Positions 20,649 to 30,120 of a stretch of 64,000 nt of DNA are shown in pieces. Origin of the DNA: an uncultured delta proteobacterium (GTDB lineage Bacteria > Desulfobacterota > Binatia > UBA9968); NCBI GenBank assembly GCA_963745835.1, contig CAVUZH010000013.1, positions 544,001 through 608,000 on the forward strand, given 5' to 3'. The stretch's first letter is position 1. Each line of letters starts with the position of its first letter. Both the position numbers and the translations under genes were made by a program. The notes under the pieces are model-generated. The model was not told the DNA's origin. It ran no database searches and saw nothing but the letters and a program-made list of their open reading frames with translations.

Positions 20649-20744
20649 ACGGACTTCGCACGATGATCGGTGTCGTGTAACAGATCGGCGGGCTTTTGGA
20701 CCGGGATTTATATCACGGCCTGGGTCCTCGCCTAGGGGTATTAC

Positions 20745-21236
20745 TCACTCTTTCCGCACCGTAATTTCGTAGTCGCCACGGGTCTTGGATGCAAGCACTG
20801 AGACCATTATGTAGTACAGCTCGCCAGGACGGCTCTCAAAAGCAAGGGTGAGAGGTTGGTCCTCAGGATTTATGCCCGGGAGCAGGGTCACGCCCTCGCG
20901 CACCTGAGCAACCCTCTTCTCATTCTGATCATAAACGTCCACTGCCCCTTGAAAGCCGGCTTTAGAGCGCTTGCGTACAATAACCCGTGTTTTGGGGCTG
21001 GACGCGGTGAATTGGAAGAAATGCCGCTCTTGGCCCGGCACGAGCGAACCGCTCAGCGTTGCCCCTTCAGCGATTGGTTTTGCAGTAGTAATGCTCGTGT
21101 TAGAACCTGGCAGCGCTGGTGAGTCTGCGGCGGGGGACTGCGCCGGGCTCATGGAGCCAATAAGCGCCCCATTCAGCATCGCAATGGCCCAGACACATCG
21201 TCGAACACGTTGGGTGACATCCGTATAGCTAGGCGT
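20745..21236 (-). CDS. Stand-alone, probably exported copy of the TIR protein's C-terminal beta-sandwich (PPC-like) domain
   Basis: Last ~115 aa nearly identical to the end of 21385-22515. The frame extends upstream through a signal-like segment (RVRRCVWAIAMLNGALIG) to an ACG at 21236 after GGAGGT; the first ATG is at 21179. Confidence 0.65.
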   Translation of the reverse strand, partial: TPSYTDVTQRVRRCVWAIAMLNGALIGSMSPAQSPAADSPALPGSNTSITTAKPIAEGATLSGSLVPGQERHFFQFTASSPKTRVIVRKRSKAGFQGAVDVYDQNEKRVAQVREGVTLLPGINPEDQPLTLAFESRPGELYYIMVSVLASKTRGDYEITVRKE

Positions 21237-21384
21237 ATGTACCTCCGATCGACAATTTGTGGGTAATGCTAATCCACGTCATGCTATTGCAAGAACGCCC
21301 TACACGAACAGCGTTTTTCTTCAGAGCGTTACAAAGTTGCGCTTACCAGCCAGCTTTCAATGCATAGGACTACCTCATTATCAC

Positions 21385-22515
21385 TTACTCTTCCCGCACC
21401 GTAATTTCGTAATCGCCACGTGTCTTGGACGCAAGCACTGAGACCATTATGTAGTACAGCTCGCCAGGACGGCTCTCAAAAGCAACGGTGAGAGGTTGGT
21501 CCTGAGGACTTATGCCCGAAAGCAGGGACACGCCCTCCCGCGCCTGAGCAACCCTCTTCTCATTCTGATCATAAACGTCCACCGCTCCTTGAAAGCCGTC
21601 TTTAGAGCGCTTGCGTACAATAACCTTTATTTTGGGGCGCGCCGCGGTGAATTGGAAGAAATGTCGCTCTTGGCCTGGCACGAGCGAATCGCTCAGCGTT
21701 GTCCCTTCAGCGATTGGTTTTGCAGTAGTAATGCTTGTGCCTGACTCGGAAGAGGGAGCACGACGAAACATAAAGAATACGAAGGCTGAAACCAAAACAA
21801 TGGTAATAATACTTCCACCAACCCATAAACGAGTTTTTGAGAAGGAGAGGCTAGGAGAAGGACCTGGCGAGTCGTGATGCGTTGTAGTATGAGCGCCTTG
21901 GTCGCGTCGCTTTTGCCGCTCTGGCTGTTGCGCTCTTGCTGCTTCCTCCTGTGCGCGACTTTTTTCTTCTTCGATGCGCCTTCGGATCTCGTCGTCCGGT
22001 TTCAATCTGGTCGCTTCCTCAGCCCGCTGTCGTTCCTGTTGGCGGAGACGCTCTTCGTCTACCTTGCGGCGCTCTTCGGCTTCCCCAAGGCGTTGCTCTT
22101 CTGCTACGGTCGCCCCCGTAGAGCTCAGTCTAAGAATCGTATAGATGTCCTCGACAAGCCTTCGAAACTCTGAGAAGTCTTTTGAGCCATCCCAATTAAA
22201 CAAACTTGGTGTATGAAGTTCTTCAAATCTAAAAGGTAGTTCCACTTGTTGGATCGTAACGGGGACGAGCTTCTTGCGTTTCAATGCATGCGTTGCCTCG
22301 TCTTTTACGTATAGCGACTGCACGGAACGTTTGGACCACAACACAATGACGCACTTCGCTTCGTTTAATGCCTTCTCAATCACGTCATTAAACCGTTCAC
22401 CTGCCCGGAGCTTCGGGTCCCACCAGACAGTCCAGCCTTCACTTTCAAGTGCATTTGCAAGTTGTCTTGCTGTGGCTTGATCTTCTCGGTTATAGCTGAT
22501 GAATATGTCGCTCAT
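21385..22515 (-). CDS. TIR domain - charged coiled coil - TM helix - PPC-like ectodomain protein
   Basis: MSDIFISYNRED, VWWD and CVIVLWS...S.YVKDEA (TIR_2 with Glu retained); E/R-rich linker; TM LWVGGSIITIVLVSAFVFFMF. Confidence 0.85.
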   Translation of the reverse strand: MSDIFISYNREDQATARQLANALESEGWTVWWDPKLRAGERFNDVIEKALNEAKCVIVLWSKRSVQSLYVKDEATHALKRKKLVPVTIQQVELPFRFEELHTPSLFNWDGSKDFSEFRRLVEDIYTILRLSSTGATVAEEQRLGEAEERRKVDEERLRQQERQRAEEATRLKPDDEIRRRIEEEKSRAQEEAARAQQPERQKRRDQGAHTTTHHDSPGPSPSLSFSKTRLWVGGSIITIVLVSAFVFFMFRRAPSSESGTSITTAKPIAEGTTLSDSLVPGQERHFFQFTAARPKIKVIVRKRSKDGFQGAVDVYDQNEKRVAQAREGVSLLSGISPQDQPLTVAFESRPGELYYIMVSVLASKTRGDYEITVREE

Positions 22516-22678
22516 TGACGGTACACAGGATTGAGAACAAAAACGCCAAAGACTCGTAGGGTGGTTAATATGGTGGGCTGTCCCGGCGTGTCTGCCGATT
22601 TCCCGTCTTATACTTCGCCGAGAGAGAAAAAATCAACGAGTAAGGCGTCTCCCTAAAACCGATCACGCAGATCGACAA

Positions 22679-22897
22679 TGGAAAAACTCTTGAAGCTCGA
22701 CCGCCGAGCGGTTCTATGCTCTCTACCGCGAGCAATTTAACCTCGATGTCACGGTACCCGACTCCGTCGTCGACGAATGGATTGCGGTGGGAACGTTTAG
22801 AGCAAAAGAAAAAATCACCGCCAGGCGCAACAGGCCGTCGATTGGACGTTGCCGAAAAAGCGCGCCGCTGATCATCAAAGTAAAGAACCGGCCCCGA
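22679..22897 (+). repeat. SBP-gene 3'-end fragment, copy 5
   Basis: Aligns with 27797-28012; shares an 8-nt deletion with copy 4. Confidence 0.9.
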
Positions 22898-23005
22898 GGC
22901 ACAACGTCACAAAGCAACTTGACCCGAAGCAGTCGCTCTTAGGCTTTGTGATACCACTTATGATCGACAATAGGTCAATGACTCATGCCCGACCCCTGCC
23001 ACTGA

Positions 23006-24073
23006 TTAGCCTTTGCGGCCGATTTCTCGGAGCAGCTTCTCCCATTGTTCCATCGATTGTTCGTACTGGGCCATCGACATGCCCGCTTCGGGGTACCAAA
23101 GTTTGTAGGGCGTAGGCTTCAGAGGACCGCCATAGTTCAGGTCGCCGAGGATCTTTGCCCCTTCCGGGCTGAGAAGAAAATCGGCCATCAGCACCGCGGC
23201 ATGCGGCCGCGCCGCCTGCGCCGTGATCGCTACGCCGCCGGTGTTGGTCGGCACGACATCCATCGGTACCCAATCCACCGGCGCTCCTTTGCCTTTCACC
23301 TCGATGGCATGGTCGCGGAAGATCGTCGGCGCCAAGGGAACTTCACCGGAAACCACCAGGTCCGCCATCGCTCGACCGGATACGGAGTGCAGAACTACCT
23401 CCTGCGCCTTGAGTTTCTTCACGAACTCTTCACCTTTAAGCTTGAGCATCGCGCCGATCGCTCTCACTCCGGTTTCGTTGGAAACGAAGCCGATTTTCCC
23501 CTTGAGCTCGGGTTTCAAAAGATCGTCGTACTTTTTTGGTACGGCGGACGTCGGGATAAGCGTCGTGTTGTAGCCGACGCCGCTGTATGTCTCGCGATCG
23601 ACCGCCCAGTAGACGAGTCCTCGGCCGGCGTCTTCTTTTGTGTTGGCAGGATATTTTTTCAAATGGGGCGAGGTGTAGGCGGCAAGCAGTTTATTTTCGC
23701 GCAGATAAGTCAGCGGCGGCACCGTCGTTTCCAAAACGTCGACGAGGATCTGCTTGGCCTGGGCCTCGGCCGTGATCCGGGTCATGATATCGGTGCTCGT
23801 ACCCCGATAGGTCTCGACTTTGATCCCCGGATACTTTGCTTCGAAGCCGTTGGCGAGATCTTTGTATGAGCTCCCCGCCAGCGAGGTGTACCAAACGACC
23901 TTGCCTTCAGCTCTGGCGCCCGCGACAAGCCGCTGCTCGCGATCGGCGCCGGCGTAAGCCGCGAGCTCGGCCGTGGAGACCGGTTTCTTGCTTTGTGCCC
24001 ACGCGCCGGCAATCCACTGATGCGTGAACAAAAAAACTGCAATGGACAATATTTTCAGTCGGGTAAATCCCAT
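23006..24073 (-). CDS. ABC solute-binding protein (Fe3+/thiamine/polyamine-like class)
   Basis: Signal peptide, A.AEGKVVWYTS, YNT..IP...P..YDDLL.P.LKG and A.PHAAVL..DFLLS.EG. Confidence 0.85.
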   Translation of the reverse strand: MGFTRLKILSIAVFLFTHQWIAGAWAQSKKPVSTAELAAYAGADREQRLVAGARAEGKVVWYTSLAGSSYKDLANGFEAKYPGIKVETYRGTSTDIMTRITAEAQAKQILVDVLETTVPPLTYLRENKLLAAYTSPHLKKYPANTKEDAGRGLVYWAVDRETYSGVGYNTTLIPTSAVPKKYDDLLKPELKGKIGFVSNETGVRAIGAMLKLKGEEFVKKLKAQEVVLHSVSGRAMADLVVSGEVPLAPTIFRDHAIEVKGKGAPVDWVPMDVVPTNTGGVAITAQAARPHAAVLMADFLLSPEGAKILGDLNYGGPLKPTPYKLWYPEAGMSMAQYEQSMEQWEKLLREIGRKG

Positions 24074-24278
24074 AACCCCCCCCGGGGGTAGCCGATGGAC
24101 GAGGCGAGCGGCAAATCTTTGGCCGTTCGCGGTTAAAAATCTTCGAATAGCATAAGCGTCAGATGCAGGTCAACGCGACCGGCGTTTGTTCGATCACTGA
24201 GCGCTAACGACTGGGTTGACACAGTCAACGAAACTCATTTAGAGTCGATCATGTTTAGATTACAATCGAGGAGGTCGT

Positions 24279-25142
24279 ATGATCGTCGAGAACCATGCCA
24301 AGGGACAAATCTCGTGGCCCAATAAAAATCGAGTTGCGGTCGCCATCACTTTCGATTTTCAGGGTGGCGAGCCGGTGCGGCCGGGACCGAACGGAAAGTT
24401 GAACAACGAGGATTACGCGGAAGGGGAATATGGACCCAAGACGGGCATATGGCGGATCCTAAGCATGCTCGACGAAGTCAACGTCAAGACCACGTTTCTG
24501 ACGTGCGGCGGGATCGCGGAAAGATACCCCGACGCGATGAAAGCGATCGTCGAGCGCGGACATGAGGTCGCGGGACACGGCTACCACCATGAAATTGCGC
24601 GCGACCTGACGCGACAAGAAGAAAAGGATTGCATCCGGCGGACCACGGACATGCTCATGAAGCGAACCGGAAAGCCTCCGATCGGTTGGCGGACATGCAC
24701 GCAAAGTAACGATACGGTAGAACTGCTGATGGAAGAAGGATACGTGTGGAACAGCAATTCGTTCGCGGACGATCTCCCGTTCGTGTGGGAAAACGGCGAG
24801 TCGCGGCTGGTCGAGCTGCCGCGCCAGCCGTTTGGCGACGGCCGGCTCTATGGACATCAGAACCGGGCCGGCGATCATCCGGACAATGCCTTGCGCTTGT
24901 GGCAACGCTTCTTTAACGACCTTTACGCCGAATCGGCGACCGCACCGATGTTCACGACCTTCCAACTGCATCCGTATGTGTCGAGCCGGCTCGGTAGAAC
25001 CAGCGCGCTCAAAGAAATGATCGAATACATGAAGGGCCACGAAGGCGTGTGGTTCGCCAGCGGCATAGAGATCGCCGAATGGTGGCTCGAGCAAAACTTT
25101 TCAGAGAAACCCGCGCCGCTGCGCATCGCCGCGGTTTCCTAA
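24279..25142 (+). CDS. Polysaccharide deacetylase family (CE4, PuuE-like)
   Basis: ITFDF, EYG...G..RIL, GHEVAGHGYHH, P.GWR and LHP. Confidence 0.85.
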   Translation: MIVENHAKGQISWPNKNRVAVAITFDFQGGEPVRPGPNGKLNNEDYAEGEYGPKTGIWRILSMLDEVNVKTTFLTCGGIAERYPDAMKAIVERGHEVAGHGYHHEIARDLTRQEEKDCIRRTTDMLMKRTGKPPIGWRTCTQSNDTVELLMEEGYVWNSNSFADDLPFVWENGESRLVELPRQPFGDGRLYGHQNRAGDHPDNALRLWQRFFNDLYAESATAPMFTTFQLHPYVSSRLGRTSALKEMIEYMKGHEGVWFASGIEIAEWWLEQNFSEKPAPLRIAAVS

Positions 25143-25467
25143 TTAGAACACCCCATCCGCGGATGCCGAGCTGAAATTTCTCTGCGTCAAGTCGGCATCC
25201 GCGTGGTCCCATCTCACCCCTCGCCCTCTCGCGGAAATGTCTTTTCCGCCGACCGCTGAATCTGAAATGTCACAGACGTGACTCCTAAGGCCGTTCCGTT
25301 ATGAGACAGCGCCGAGTTCTAATCAGCGTCGTAACCGACGACGCCACCCGCCCAGCGGTTCTGCCGATCATAGCTTGGCAGCCGCTGAGCGAAAGAACAG
25401 CATCAGGACGAAAGTCTGGAACTGTCATACTTTTACTTTGAGCTCCATTAGCCAGGTAGAGCCGTCG

Positions 25468-25914
25468 TTAGCTGGCTTTTCGTACTTCTTTGTTTTTAGC
25501 CGCTTCAAGCTCGCGACCTAACTGATCAAGAGCCTCAGCATTCATGAGTTTTCGTATCTTGGGAAACATTTTTCCCTCTTCCTCTTCTTCCGCATGATGC
25601 TCTACGTTTTCCATTAACACTTTCAGTTTAGGTTCAAACTTCTCGCTATCTGCGGTCAGATTTTCCATCTCTCGGAGGAGAGTCTTTACCTGCTTGTGCT
25701 CCTCGAGAGATTCAAGCACCATATCTTTTAACTCTTCGTTTTTTGCTACGGCCGGATAGAAAACCGTCTCCTCAATATGCGTATGAGTTTCTAGTTCCGT
25801 TTTAATCTTTTCAAAAAGTTGCAACTGCTGTTTCTTGTTTTCGCTTCCTTCTGCCTTTTCGAATAGTTCTTTCACCGTCTTATGGTCTGTCTTAAGAAGT
25901 TCTAAAGCATCCAT
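25468..25914 (-). CDS. Hemerythrin/HHE cation-binding protein
   Basis: LLKTDH..V..LF, HTHIEETVFYP, EEH and VEHHAEEEE. Confidence 0.9.
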   Translation of the reverse strand: MDALELLKTDHKTVKELFEKAEGSENKKQQLQLFEKIKTELETHTHIEETVFYPAVAKNEELKDMVLESLEEHKQVKTLLREMENLTADSEKFEPKLKVLMENVEHHAEEEEEGKMFPKIRKLMNAEALDQLGRELEAAKNKEVRKAS

Positions 25915-25972
25915 TTACTTTCCTCCAAAAAAAGGTCGTTATTAATATTAGATACGAACTAAGTCCTAAAGG

Positions 25973-26004
25973 TGCGAGTCCGCCCATCTAGCTGCGGACT
26001 CGCA
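25973..26004. terminator. 11-bp intergenic hairpin (terminator or mRNA stability element)
   Basis: Perfect inverted repeat tgcgagtccgc / gcggactcgca; weak U-tract. Confidence 0.45.
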
Positions 26005-26015
26005 ACAAAGCCCGC

Positions 26016-26555
26016 CTAAACGCGGCTTTCTTCCTGCTTGGGAACGCCTTTCTCTTCGCTGTACGAGATGTCGTGGGCGCCGGCACGTTCAAAAATATCC
26101 TTTGCGCGCTTTACTTCATCGCTATCTTCCGAGTGCACTGAAATCAGGATGTTGCCCTCTTTGATTTTTCCCTCGTATCGCTTGGCCTCATACTCAGGAA
26201 TGCCCATGCCCACGAGCGCTCCGGTTAGCCCGCCGACGGCGGCGCCTATACCCGCACCGGCCAGAGCGGCCATGATCGGTCCGGCAGCTATAAACGGGCC
26301 GACGCCAGGAATGGCCAAGGCCCCAATGCCCACCAGCCATCCCAAAGCTCCTCCTAAGACTCCCCCGGTGCCTGCTCCTGTAGCGGCCCCCTCCGGTGCC
26401 TTAGTGTGCTGTTCGTGAGCAAAATCCTTCGTTCCCGATTTGTCAGGGAACAGGACCGAGATATCATTGTTGGAAAAGCCCGCAGCCTTCAGCTCTTGGA
26501 CTATCCTTTCGGCTTGGCTTTCATTATCACTTAAACAAAAAACTGATTTTGACAT
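26016..26555 (-). CDS. General stress protein-like membrane protein with glycine-zipper helices
   Basis: GA.TGGVLGGALGWLVGIGALAIPG.GPFIAAGP and GMGIPEYEAKRYEG. Confidence 0.8.
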   Translation of the reverse strand: MSKSVFCLSDNESQAERIVQELKAAGFSNNDISVLFPDKSGTKDFAHEQHTKAPEGAATGAGTGGVLGGALGWLVGIGALAIPGVGPFIAAGPIMAALAGAGIGAAVGGLTGALVGMGIPEYEAKRYEGKIKEGNILISVHSEDSDEVKRAKDIFERAGAHDISYSEEKGVPKQEESRV

Positions 26556-26572
26556 ACTTTTCTCCTTTAAAT

Positions 26573-26968
26573 TTAGTTTGCGATCTCCAATTGGTTATCG
26601 ACACTTTTTACACCAGCAATCTGCTGCGCTTTGGCACCGATATTAGTTTTCTCTTGCTCACTCTGCACCGGCCCACGTAGCGTCACTGTGCCATCATTCG
26701 TGATGATCTTTACGTTCTTGCCATTCGTGGAGACGGAATCGTCCGCTGTGACAGCCTGCCGGACGTTTTGTGAAATCGTCCGGTCCGCCTCACTCTCAGA
26801 TTGATCGCCCGGGGTCTTTGTCGCATCGTTACGATCTCGGACGTTACGGCCACTATTATCTGCCGCTATGTCGGCGGTTTGACTCGGCTGGTCATTCTTC
26901 GACACCTCGTTCTTGCTACACCCGACTACTAGAAACGCTAGAACAAAACCTAAAGCACTTGTTCTCAT
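26573..26968 (-). CDS. BON-domain lipoprotein (OsmY-like)
   Basis: Lipobox LVVGC and D..I...VR...NVKIITNDGTVTLRGPV...GVKSVDNQL. Confidence 0.88.
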   Translation of the reverse strand: MRTSALGFVLAFLVVGCSKNEVSKNDQPSQTADIAADNSGRNVRDRNDATKTPGDQSESEADRTISQNVRQAVTADDSVSTNGKNVKIITNDGTVTLRGPVQSEQEKTNIGAKAQQIAGVKSVDNQLEIAN

Positions 26969-27352
26969 AAAACCTCCTTCGTTTAAGATTTTTGTTTCTC
27001 CGAAATTGCTGATTTCCGAAAATCGTCCTTAGTAAAACCACTGCCTAACACCCCTCGATTTGGGAGTCTGTAGATCGAGCGGTTTGTCACTCCTTGCTGA
27101 CAACTTCTGCCCATACCTGGAAGGAGAATGGGGTGGACGCAAGTCGAAACGCTTGCGCGAATCGGCAGTATCATCTTTTCTAAGCGTCAGCGAGATTCGT
27201 CAACCCTGGTCAGGAGGGGTTGTGGTTCGAGCAGGTAGTGTAAGTCTTACGAGATGGAGTGCCTACGTGCTCCTTCCCTTTAAGCAGTTAATCCGCTTTG
27301 TCAATGGTTAGATTCGTTCTTTCTTCTTCGCCCGAGCAGATTCCCGTACAAA

Positions 27353-28012
27353 TCCAGCGCTATGCGATCATCTCGCGTCCCGACATCGCCAGCGTCAAGG
27401 ATCTCAAAGGGAAAAGGCTGGCGATCAACACCTTCGGCAGCTCGGCGGATTTCGCGATCTATCAGCTGCTCAGCCGCAATGGTCTCGACCCCAACAAAGA
27501 TGTCACGCTGCTATCGATCCCCGGCAGCCCGGACGCCCGTTTCGCCGCGCTGATCGGAGGCTCGGTCGAGGCCACCGTGGTGAACAGCCCGTTCGAATAT
27601 CGCGCCGAGCAAGAAGGCTTTAAGGTATTGCTCTCGATCAAAGAGACCGCCGAGTTCGTCAAAATCCCCATCAACGGGCTGAGCACGTGCCAGCGAAAAA
27701 TTGACAGAGAGCCCGATGAATTCGTGCGCATGCTGCGGGCGCTGCGCAACGCCGATTTGTTTTTGCAAAATCAGCGCGAGATCAGTGCCGGGTTAGTGGA
27801 AAAACTCTGAAGCTCGACCGCTCAGTCGCGGAGCGGTTCTATGCTCTCTACCGCGAGCAGTTTGATCCCGATCTCACGGTACCCGACTCCGTGGTCGAAG
27901 AATGGATTTCCGTGGGAACATTTAGAGCAAAAGAAAAAATCACCGCCAAGCCGCAACAGTCATCGATTGGAGGTTTGCCGAAAAACCCCGACGCTGATCA
28001 TCAAAAGTAAAA
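27353..28012 (+). pseudogene. 5'-truncated NitT/TauT-type ABC solute-binding gene (longest copy, copy 6)
   Basis: I.SVKDLKGKRLAI..FGS..D...GLDPNKDV...R.AAL.GG.V; frameshifts near 27808 and 27959; C-terminus ...EEWISVGTFRAKEK...DWRFAEK. Confidence 0.85.
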
Positions 28013-28312
28013 AGCCCTGACCACGGCTGAACCGAAAATTCCCTGCGCTGGAGGTTAACCGGCTAGTTTCATCGCTTCCGCGGCGCACTTTTAAACTTGC
28101 CTAACTCTAATACGACGTATTGGTCTTTTTTTGCATCGATACAGATCGCTTGGTCTAGGAGCGTCGGAGCGCGAGCTATCTCAGATCATCACGACTACCG
28201 AGCCGCATAGCCCGACGGTTGTTCACTTCCCAAGCAACTTGACAGTCTTTAACAGGTTTCGTTAGAAGGATCTCAATCACTGCTTCTCGTGTTTTTTCGT
28301 GGCAGGTTCATT

Positions 28313-29068
28313 ATGAGCTCCACTACCATCAGTTTAATCGCGCTCGTGTGCATTTTTGGCGGCGCACTGATTGGCATCCTGCTTCATACGATCCTGCCTG
28401 AGCATCATCTCAGTTCCGACTCAAAAGACATCGTCAAGCTCGGCGTGGGGCTGGTCGGAACTATGGCAGCCCTTGTTCTGGGCCTACTGGTGGCGGCGGC
28501 CAAGGGCGCTTACGATGCGCAGAGCGCGGAGCTGACACAGATATCGGCCAACATCGCTGCGCTCGACCGCGTCTTGGCCAATTATGGACCTGAGACCAAG
28601 GAGATTCGCGATTTGTTGCACGGCGCCTCCGCGCGCATTCTCGATCAGCTGTGGGGTAATGACAGTCACAGCGCGTTCCTAAGCACTCCGGTATCCGCCG
28701 CTGGTGAAGTTCTTTACAACAAAATTCAGGCGCTCTCGCCGCAGAATAACACGCAGAGCGCGCACCAGGGCCAAGCCTTGAGTATCGTGATGGATACCGG
28801 AAGGACTCGCTGGTTAATGTATGCTCAGGCTACGACTTCGGTTTCCATGCCGCTCTTGATCGTACTGGTGCTTTGGCTCACTGTGATCTTCATCAGTTTC
28901 GGTCTGCTTGCGCCCTTTAACGCTACGGTTGTTTCCAGTTTGTTCGTGTCCGCGCTGTCGGTAGCCGGCGCAATCTTCTTGATCCTAGAGATGTATACCC
29001 CTTACACGGGAGTCATTCAGATCTCCAACGCTCCGCTGCGCGCCACCTTGGTGCATCTTGGCAAGTAA
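28313..29068 (+). CDS. DUF4239/bestrophin-like membrane protein
   Basis: LPEHHL...SKD.VKLG.GL..TMAALVLGLL and AIFLILEM..PY.G.I.IS..PL. Confidence 0.75.
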   Translation: MSSTTISLIALVCIFGGALIGILLHTILPEHHLSSDSKDIVKLGVGLVGTMAALVLGLLVAAAKGAYDAQSAELTQISANIAALDRVLANYGPETKEIRDLLHGASARILDQLWGNDSHSAFLSTPVSAAGEVLYNKIQALSPQNNTQSAHQGQALSIVMDTGRTRWLMYAQATTSVSMPLLIVLVLWLTVIFISFGLLAPFNATVVSSLFVSALSVAGAIFLILEMYTPYTGVIQISNAPLRATLVHLGK

Positions 29069-29069
29069 C

Positions 29070-29517
29070 TCGCCAATCCGTGCCGCTCACGCCTTCAGGG
29101 CGCCGGAACTGGTTGCGGGGAGTGGATCGGTTGGCGAATGGTTTGCGGTGAAATCCCAGCGGCGACGCAGGATTGGAGAGTCAACTGATGAGCGGATTTT
29201 GGGCAGCGGAGCATTTGTAAAGCGTGTTCTAAAAGAAGCAGATGCGCGGACACTCCGGCAAAACGCCTTCAAGAAAACCAAACGCTATGCGGAGCGTGTC
29301 GTTGCCGCGGCCTGCAAGAAAGACGGCATATCGCTAACAGAACTCCGAAGCGGGAGTCGCCGTGGGAAACTGCCCGCCGTGAGAGTGAAGATCGTTCAGG
29401 GGCTAGTGGAGGATTACGGCGTGCCCACCGCCGAAGTCGCTCGCCAAGTGGGTATCTCGACATCTGGAGTTTCAAAGATTCTGACACGAAATTTGTCCAG
29501 CTAGTCAACAGCGTCCC
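29070..29517 (+). pseudogene. C-terminal fragment of a RAYT/Y1-like transposase with HTH
   Basis: RAPELVAG, DERILGSGAFV..VL, L.ELRSGSRR and AEVARQVGISTSGVSKIL; followed by gtcaacagcgtccc. Confidence 0.65.
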
Positions 29518-29648
29518 TAATCGCCACGACTGGTCAAGCTGCCGGGAAACGTGAGTGCCGGTGAGTGGTCACGGCGAATACCTAGGAAAAAAACGCGGAC
29601 TGATCGACTATGGACCAGTGATGGGAGAGTTGAAGACCGCTGCTCGTT

Positions 29649-30016
29649 ATGAAGCGTTTTATCCGCGAAGGAGCCAAGGTTAATTATCGGGCGGAGTGGC
29701 ATCCTGGAGACGGGGCGCCGTTTCTAGGACCGGAGCGCTTCGTAAAGACGATTGCCGACGAATCGGTTCCGCCGCCCATCTCCCGGCGTGCAACGTTGAA
29801 GGATTTACTCAAGAGCGTAGCGGCCAAGTCGGGACTTTCGGCCGAGGTATCGCTTCGAAAAGGCCGATTCGGAAGCGTAGTAAACGCCCGCGATCAATTT
29901 GTTCGCGAAGCCGTGTTGCACCAGGGGTATCTCGCTTCTCAGGTCGCATCTTTTCTCGATTGCCATGCATCAATGTCAGCCTACAAAAGACGTAATAGAC
30001 TTAGGCAAGTCTGACA
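29649..30016 (+). pseudogene. Second RAYT C-terminal fragment
   Basis: FLG.ERFV...AR..F...AV...GY.ASQVA.FL.CHAS; followed by caagtctgacac. Confidence 0.55.
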
Positions 30017-30120
30017 CTATTGGCTTTTGCCTCACCGGACTTGTTGCGAGCGTTTTCGCATTCACCTAATTAGTTGCGAACAAAAGCAGCCCTGTACGAT
30101 TGGAACGCCCCATTGAGCTC

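Noticed and set aside
17322-28012. SBP-derived repeats as a CRISPR array or integron attC sites
   Set aside because: Units are 50-650 bp, translate as protein, are spaced 1-5 kb apart and lack R''/R' boxes. No cas or intI gene is present.
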